The notes beneath the pieces are model-generated. The model did no database searches, had not been told where the DNA came from, and saw only the letters and a program-made list of their open reading frames with translations. The position numbers were made by a program, and so were the translations under genes. A stretch of 64,000 nt of DNA. It comes from Kudoa neothunni (Eukaryota > Animalia > Cnidaria). The first letter of the stretch is position 1, and each line of letters begins with the position of its first letter. This document shows positions 55,407 through 64,000 of the stretch, piece after piece. The DNA lies in NCBI GenBank assembly GCA_964304625.1, contig OZ199838.1, positions 667,059-731,058 on the forward strand, written 5' to 3'.

Positions 55407-55833
55407 GCCGAGGACAGATAGCACATCGATGTGACACTGGGGATCAGAACCATGAGGTAATATGTTCCGAACCGTCGATGTTCAAACTACTGCTTCCTTG
55501 TCGGTAGGTCTCCATCTCATATTTGGGAGCTGTGATTAAAGTATACGCTCATCGTGAAGTGGGGTGAACGTGAATAGGAGTTTGAATCTCCGGAACCCCT
55601 CGAAAGTCAAGTAATTTGCAGCCCCCACAGAGCAAACGTCCTAAAAGGATAGGGTATGGGATGGTGGTCGCTCTGAGGTGAGGATGCTTAGTGGGTTAAA
55701 GTCCCACATAAAGATATGGGGCGGGGTTTCGTGTTTCGTCCTGCGGTACCTATAGCGTTAATGGAAGAAGTATGATTAACCAGAATTCCACAACCTATTA
55801 AGTTGCCAATAGGTTATACTTTGTAAAAAAAAA
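55407..55833 (+). mobile_element. tRNA-derived SINE, copy 3 of 3
   Basis: Starts GCCGAGGACAGATAGCACATCG, contains TTAGTGGGTTAAAGTCCCACA and ends TTGT(A)9. Collinear with the other copies. Confidence 0.8.
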
Positions 55834-58800
55834 GATAAAAAATTACTTGTTTGGAATTTCGAGAAAAAACGTTTAATGTAAGTCTTAAATTTTAACCTCT
55901 TCACTTATTTCTGCAGCTTTTTCGGAAATGATGGATCATGAAATATTTTTCTTTTAATTTCTTTGGTGAATAATCCATTTGAATAAACTATATTCAATCT
56001 CATCATATTCCCTCTTTTTTAGTTTAGAACGACTATGAAAAATATTCGAGTTAATAATTTCCCTCTTTTTGGAAAAATTTATTTAAAAATGGTTAGAAAT
56101 TATTTGTTACTTACCAGGTCAGTTTTCTTATTATTAAAAAATTCATAAAAGGGATCAGTCCTGATGATTCGTATTATAATATTATTTCACGGTTGTCCTT
56201 ACTGCTTCTTAGCCATTGAGAAATTTTTCAAAAAATATATTTATCGGAGAATTTTGTGAATATAAGCTATGTACCACCGAGACCTTGCTTTATTTATTAA
56301 GTTTATTAATTAGATTAAATATAGAAACAAAAACCAAATGTTTGTAAAGATTAAAATCTATGAATTTTAGTTGATCTTTGTTTTTCATGAAATAATTTTA
56401 TATAAATAGGTACCGCAGTTTTCAACGTTTTATTCAAAAAATGACGGATCCTTAATAATTCATTCTCGAATTTTTATAATAAATTTAAAATAAATAATTT
56501 TAAATGCATAGTATTTTTACAGTTTACCGTTGAAATAAAGAATTGAAAGGATCCTGAACATACAAGCGATAAGTTTATTTCGGTCGAGGGTAAAGATATG
56601 TTTTGTCTTACAAAAGCTACTTTTCAAAGAAATGGACGATATAGGGATTGATAACAAATCTTGTTCGAGACTTGAGATTACTGCATATTCTGATGTATGT
56701 TTTTCCAAAATTCTATATCGAACAAAAAATATATTACCATATGATAATAACAAACATTCATTTTGAAATTGATTTCTTTTGTCATTAGGAACAAACAATT
56801 GAATATCTCTCGGATTCATCTCTCTAATGCACTCATATAGATAAAAATCTAAGTTCTTTATTGTATCTAGAAAACCAATCGTTGGAAAGCATCCCTCAAT
56901 TTGTTTTTTGTTTGAACTCTTGGGTAGGTAAAGGAGTAATTCATGAAATTCGGTAATTATTTGGATAACTTCCTATCTTTAGCCAAAGGAAGTAATTAAA
57001 GATTACTGCTGTTTAAGGTGGTTGTTAATGATATATTATGATTTGAGTTTGTCCAGTCGGATAGACTTGAGATACCAATCGAATCATTAGATTTGATTTC
57101 GTGTGAAAAATCATATAAGGGAGAGAGATACTTGATAATAAGTTTGAAATAAATTGGCATTTCATCCAATAATGTTCAGGCAGATCAAACAGGGCAGTAA
57201 ATCTAGAATCAGAACTATACCTAGATTCTAAATTAAATTGTTTTATTGCTGGAAATATTCTTGGCAAGTTGGCATACAATTATACATATTGTATCATCTT
57301 ATATCAAGCACGCGTAGGATCGATTTTGTATATTCTATATCATTTATTTGAAGTAAATATAGGAATTGAGTTTTAGCCGATCTGTTATTAACAATAATAG
57401 ATGATGAAAACTTCATAAAAACTTGTTTTACTTTAGAGAAGACCATATCAGTTATTTTGACCACTATAGAAATAGAATGAACCCAATGTAAAAAGCAAGG
57501 AACTCAAACAATATGATAATAAATTAGAGCTATGTTCTTGTAATATTTTTTCATGTATGGTGTCGAATTGGATACGATATCCTTACAATTCTTCCAGTTA
57601 ATATTGTTCGTTTGTAGCGATTCCGTTATTTGTTTGGAATTATAACTGCGTTGCATTCGCTTAAAACTTTCGAATCGAGCATGATGATTCTTTTTGCGCT
57701 GTACTCTATATCATAGTAACACCGCAAAATGTTAAGCAAAGGTCTATTTTTAAATTCGGACGACTAATCAATGCTTAATAAAAAGCGTGGATATTTTGAA
57801 GTTATTTTTTCTGCAGCCATCTTACGCTCGAACAAAATAGGTAAGAATTTGTTTATTAGTAAACGAGCGTCTGGTAAAGTTCCAGATTATCAACAATATT
57901 TCGACAGATATTGTGAAAAAGAACATTTTTTGTCAATTGACGATAGCGGGAGTCAATCAAACGCGACAACAAATACCAAGTCTACTTCCAAATCGCTATT
58001 TTCTTTACTCATAAAGAATATGTTTGGAAGAATGGGAGCCTTTTCAAACGTAGATGTTAAAGAGATGCTTTTTTGAACTAACGTGTTCTTGGAATTAATT
58101 TTATTCGAGCATTAGTTTTATTTTGCAATATTTGCATATTAAATTGTCTTCTAACACCCCTGAATCTTTCCATTCAAGAGCTTAACTATCAATATCTCTT
58201 CTTTTTGTGCCAATTAGAATCAGATAAAAAAGCGCTTGGTCCCACGCCAAAATAAACATCGAAATAACTTATTGAGTTTTTATTTATAAAACCAGTTCTC
58301 AAAAACTGATTGCGTATTTATCTCAAATATACTAAATTTTTTTTTACATTAAATTATTTGACGATTAACGTGACAAACTTTTCTCCATTAACTGAATCTC
58401 CTAAATCAATATTTTTTGTGGTGTATTCACTTTATTAAATATCGCAGAATCCAATTTTAATTAATACACGTAATAGCTTTAATTTTTTTAAAACTATTTT
58501 ATTTCCTTCCTCTATTATAACAGGAGAATTTTCTTGTATAAATCTGAGAATCGAAGTATTGTCTAAATATATTAGATCATTACCAAGATATTTGATTTTT
58601 ATAAGGAAGCAGTAATAGTTAGTTTTTAAACATTGTTATATGCCTTTAAAGAGTTTTCATACATTAATCTATTTAATAGATCAACCATTTCCAATTACTA
58701 AGATATGATTGCAAAGGTGATACATAACGTAATATGTTATCCCTAAATCGAGAGATTGAAAGCTGATAATTGTAAAATTTAGCAAGATTAATTATTTTAT

Positions 58801-59169
58801 TATTTCAAAATTTGTCTAACTTTTTGAGTGAGCGAAGGCTTAATACAATAAAATAAGAAGTTTTATTATATTTGATTTTTGATAACAGATTTATTCTTTT
58901 CATGACTGCAAAATTATCTGACGATTTCCACTTCTTAATTTGGGCCTAATCAACAGTGACGAATCTTTTTTAATTTAAAATATTTGGGATGTTCATACTT
59001 ACCCACAACCACTGACTAGAATTTTTTAATTAAAAGCGATCTCATAATTAGATCCGCCATCATTTTTTTGAAGGCTGTATCTATTGGCCCTTACGAATTC
59101 GGTTTATTGTATTTTTGAATTGCTTATTATATAAAGTGCCTATTTTCGTATTTAAGTGAATACTTAAAA

Positions 59170-60800
59170 GTTTAATTAAACCTCAAGTTGATAAAATTTT
59201 GACTTTATTTTATTTTAAAATAAAAATAATGTATTCATCACTTTATGATTAACATAAAATCATTGTATATATGTAAGATTTTTCTATATTAACATTAATA
59301 ATAGAAACAAACGAATTATTATATCCCAAAATATCTTATTTTAGTAGAAGAAAACTTGTGAATTTAATTCGTAACGTGTTTGCGTTAAATGAATTCTGAT
59401 GGGAATAACATAGCCTTAATAATATTATTTCTGAAATAATTTATTCAACACTGAAGTTTCATTTAACAGTTTTGAAGGACCAAAATTGAAAATGGAAGAA
59501 TTCAAATAAAATTGATGAGCAGTTTATTCATATTAGATTCTATAACCTTTGAAACTGCTTAAAAAAGATGTGATAGAATATTTAACCTAGCTCTTCAACA
59601 CTACCAAATAAAATACTGTAGCAGTCGCGGTAGAAAAAATACATATTTTTCGAAAACTTAACATATGTATGAATATTTATTGAAATATTATCTGTTATTT
59701 AAATGAAAACGATTATCTGGCCAAAAAAATTAAATTTAAAATTGAGTCCTGTGTTTTTGAAATTTTCAGGAAATACTGGTGAAGAAAAGCTTGTGTCAAA
59801 TTATCTCAACTTTCCCCGTATTCATGATTCTTTACATTTTTCATCCAACTTTTTTTTAAATAAAAAAGATTAACTAATAATTAAGTTGATTTTATTTTCC
59901 AACTTTTAGAAGTTATTGAAAGTTTTGAGGTTATCCAAGATAAGTTTTTCGAGAAAAAGAGAGTTTATTTCTCTAAAAATTTAACCAACATGAAATATTC
60001 AATGAATTCCCATTTAAAGAATGTAGAATTTTTACAGACTCTAAAAAAGAAGAAAGGCACATGTATAGAAATATCAGAAAACGGAAAAAACTTTATTTGT
60101 GCATGAAAAAAATCCTTGAAACTTCCCCAGTAATTATTTTTGTTGGTGCTACTATAAGCTACTAGCTTTCAAAGCTCCTGTGTATTTTATGGAAATAACA
60201 CACTCTAGAGAACCAACTGAGGTAGTTGTGACCGGAATTCTTGAGAAGAGAACGAAGAAGTTTTATCTTGGCTTAATAAAACAATAAAAAAATATAACTT
60301 AATAATGGAAACTGACAAAAAAACTCTCTCTTAAAGATAAAACATAGTTGAACGATAAGTCAGAACAAATTTTTCCAACCCCAGATTTTCAACTTTGGTT
60401 TTATTACGTTCTAAAATATTTCAGTCCTATTCTAATGGTTCAAATTATATGCAACTTCAGCCATGGGAACAACGTTTTGATGCATATAATAAAGATTTCA
60501 CGTCCAAAATTTCTTAAATTTATTAACCAGTAAGTGATTATATATCCAGATTCGTCAAAAAATATTTTAATTATGGATTAAAGTTAAATAATGAATGATC
60601 ACACACAAACATGTTTATTCACAACGTAATATTTCAACTAGTGTTGTCAAAATTACACTTTATTTACAAACTCTAAATAAGTGAGTTTATAAATATTCAT
60701 ATTTTTTTGTGTTCAATTAAGGTGAAATTACAAAATTAGAGTTGATATTAAAAAATAATAATGTTTTACTTTTTCTATGCTAAGTCATCAATCACATGTT
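59170..60800 (+). mobile_element. Degenerate MULE remnant, copy 2 (inverted homolog of 1270-2870)
   Basis: Shares long blocks with the reverse complement of 1270-2870, e.g. TAATAATAGAAACAAACGAATT, AAACTTAACATATGTAT, TTTTATCTTGGCTTA and CATAGTTGAACGATAAGTCAGAACAAATTTTT. Confidence 0.75.
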
Positions 60801-63800
60801 TTTACGGAAAAATATCCTCCATTTTTTACATATATATACATATAGTATGTTATTAATTTATCTAAGGAATCGTAATTTAAAACAGATAGCTATACAACGA
60901 TAAACCGAATTTTTATGGAAAATAAACACTGCCATTTTTAACCCTTCTTTTGGTACTTAGATCAATTTTAGATTTTAAAACGTACGTAATTTTTCGGTGT
61001 AATCATCATATAGAGTGGCGCTTTCGTTGTGAAGACTTCCGTAAACAATAACATGTAATTGCTGGAATCCTGAGAAACATCTGCTTGCATTATAATCCAA
61101 TATTTTTACCTCAAATAATAAGAAAAGGTTTTATTAATCATTAAATAGTTAATACACATTTTACATAATTCTGTGATATAAACACAGTCCAAATTTCTGT
61201 ATATACATTTTTATACCTTTTAGAGGTCATTCTTTTTCTTTATGCCGAAAAATCAAATTTCATTAATAATTTATTAAGTAAAAATATGTTGTTAAGAGAT
61301 AAATGACTTAGATTTTCAATAATAGTCTAAATATTAGTAATATCTCAATATATTTATACGTTTTGAAGGTTTGGATTATTATGTCTTTTTTTTAGCTAGT
61401 CATTCTTTTTAATCTATTTTCTTGGCATATTGATTATTTTCTCTTGATTTATCGACATATTAAATCACTCAATAATGATAAAATCATCCATAAAACAATC
61501 ACCAAACATGAAGACGCTTTGTTGTACAAAACTTTATACGATTAATGATATTATTCTATATTTTTTATTGTGTGTACAAAAAATGAGTATGTAAAATCAT
61601 AAAAAAAATTAAACAAATACTCGGTTAGGAAAATATAATATTAAATCAAAACAACGCATACATCGGATAGACTTGATTATGTATTTTATTGTATCTAGCT
61701 ACAACAACAACTTTTATGAGCTAGGATTAATTGATCTAAAGAGTGTATTATTAGGTTTAATCAGTTTTTGGTAATTTAGATCCATCCTTGATAGTAAAAA
61801 CGGTCCAACCGATTTATAATTAAATATATGATGGAAAAAATCATAATTTATTTTAATGTTTATTATATTCAGTATAATATAAAGATGATCGGGTGTAGAA
61901 ATTATGTTTATTTATAAATTTTAAAATCATTATTCGCCTATTGTGATAAATAATATCGAAATATAGATAAAGTTTCGAAAAAATTCTTATAATTTGTGGA
62001 TTTTAAATTATCACCTTATGGGATAAAATATTTTCAGCACTTTAGTTTCCCATTGACAGATAAAATTTTCATATATACTTTCAACAGTTGAAATATCCAA
62101 TCGTAGAAATTATTAATGAATATATATATAAGAAAGTATTTATGTTCAAAGCGATTATTATAATAAATTTTGATGAATTTTTTGTTAATCCCCTGCCATT
62201 CAAACAATAACCTTACATCCAGATTAGGGGCTTAGAATCTAACTGCTGATAATGTTATTTCTGATTGCTTTATTTTTTTTATCACGTTGCAGCAGCTCCA
62301 ATGATGATTTTATTGAAAAAACACTTTGTATGTTTAATTCTTTGTCAATATTTATTTGAATAGATTTTTAGCAAGCATTTTTATACGTTCATGATTATAC
62401 ATTCTATATTAATGTTTTTCAATGCAGAGAAAAGATAGATTTGGTGAATCACGAACGCTGTAGCTTCGTAGCAAGCTCATTTTGCATAAATGAATATTTA
62501 ACAGGTATTTCTTTCATTAAATTAATTTTATTTATTAGTTTATTAATTCCTAACAACAGGTTTTGAATATGCAAGTGTATTTGAGTTGGAGGATCTATGT
62601 ATCCATGCCAATCTTACACATTTGTTTACAACAGCTAAAGTCGTTTTCAATGTTGTAGTATGGAGTCACTACGTAGATCTACGGTATCTAGTTATATAAA
62701 ATTCCTGATGTATCAATAAAAAAATTAACTTTAAGATTTCAATCCTTTTTAATAACGGTTTTTTTTATATTTCATATTAATTATTATTAATATAATTTAA
62801 TTTATAAAAAATTATCTTCGTAATAATCTTTCGAATTAAAATAACCAAAAGTTAAATTTAAGAACAATTCATTCCAACTTTCTTCGTTATATTATTTTAT
62901 TTATAATTTTGAGGCAAATTAACCACGTTATTAACAACAGGATTAAATAATAGATTTAATTTATTATTAAATACTGATATATTCAGTGAAAAATTAAGTC
63001 TTATTGTCAAAGCATTATTTCATATATGATTTTAGAAACAAAATTGAGCTGTAAAATCAATTTATAATTATAAATTAAAATATTTAAATAATTATAAATA
63101 AGGTTGTGTGAATTCAGACATCAGTATATTATTAAAGGCTTGATCTTTGATGTTGGGTACGCAATTAAATATTTAATTAAATAAAAAAGGGATGCTCAAA
63201 TGTTTGTTCAAATTTACTCTCTCAGACTGACAAATAATCAAAATTTACCCCCATGACATGGAAGTTAAATTCATATTTATAATTTAGGCGGTGTTGACAT
63301 AACTTTATTCTCTCTGGCTCCTCCATATTCAAAAATATTAATTTATTTAATTAAAATTTTTAAAACATTAAAAATATGAAAAGATTGATCTTTTCTACTT
63401 TTTTCATTATAATTAAAATATATTCGACCATACCTAACTTAATTTATCAATAGATCTTAAAAATTAATATCTATAGTTCTTGATGCCGCCAAAAAACGGC
63501 ATCAAAAGATAGTCGTGGTAATCCAAACTTTATTAGGAAACATTATCATGTATATGTGACTAATAAACGGTAAATAAATAATATAAACACATAATTAATC
63601 AATTTTATAATAGGACTAATCTAAAATCGGTGATGTATGACTCTAAATGAGACAAATTTGAGATTCATACTATTCTGATTCTATTCGGATAGAGGATACG
63701 TTAAATATTGTTATTAAATTTTATGTATATATTTATTCTTTTTTGATGATGTTCATCGTCATTTAAAAATCACTGGTATCGAAAATCGCATATATTGTTT

Positions 63801-64000
63801 TTCAAAGTACATCATAGTGCCCAATTATCTCATCATTATCCGCAGCACGCCGATACCCAGGTTTTTTCCATGTTCCACCAGAAAGGTTCATTAATCGTTT
63901 AAAAATTTTCGCGATATACCAAAATTTTTTAACACTCTCTGGTGGGCCGAGGGTCCTATTTAAGGAGACATTGTCTTAAGGTTTTATACTGGTTTAGCTA

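Noticed and set aside
56500-58300. Coding-like GC-richer region with several short ORFs
   Set aside because: It looks like a decayed transposase region, but I could not recover diagnostic motifs, so it is not listed as a feature.
62400-62700. Intron-like 55-nt segment followed by a 46-codon open frame
   Set aside because: No upstream exon or start could be joined and there is no recognisable motif.
1-64000. CRISPR arrays, operons, rRNA or other prokaryotic systems
   Set aside because: No regularly spaced repeats or long intronless ORFs are present. The spliceosomal introns and eukaryotic transposons show this is eukaryotic nuclear DNA.

Overview
Very AT-rich eukaryotic (probably animal) genomic DNA with tiny GT-AG introns, mostly 39-51 nt. 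These introns hide most real genes from the ORF track. The species cannot be determined from the sequence; the architecture resembles compact parasite genomes. By hand I could build five multi-exon genes, all with an N-terminal hydrophobic, signal-peptide-like first exon. (1,2) Two paralogous 9-exon genes (10214-11268 and 45512-46573) encode ~238-aa Cys-patterned proteins I cannot assign to a known family; they have a saposin-like Cys signature. (3,4) Two convergent 6-exon genes each encode five Kunitz-like domains, most with disulfides lost. 16279-17727 is intact; 22329-23708 is broken only by single-base indels. (5) A 7-exon ~700-aa gene has an FN3-like motif (28987-31344). The rest is largely decayed transposons: piggyBac, MULE, hAT and hAT-type MITEs, pogo and Tc1 remnants, plus three copies of a ~430-bp tRNA-headed SINE. 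I found no intact transposase, rRNA or CRISPR array.
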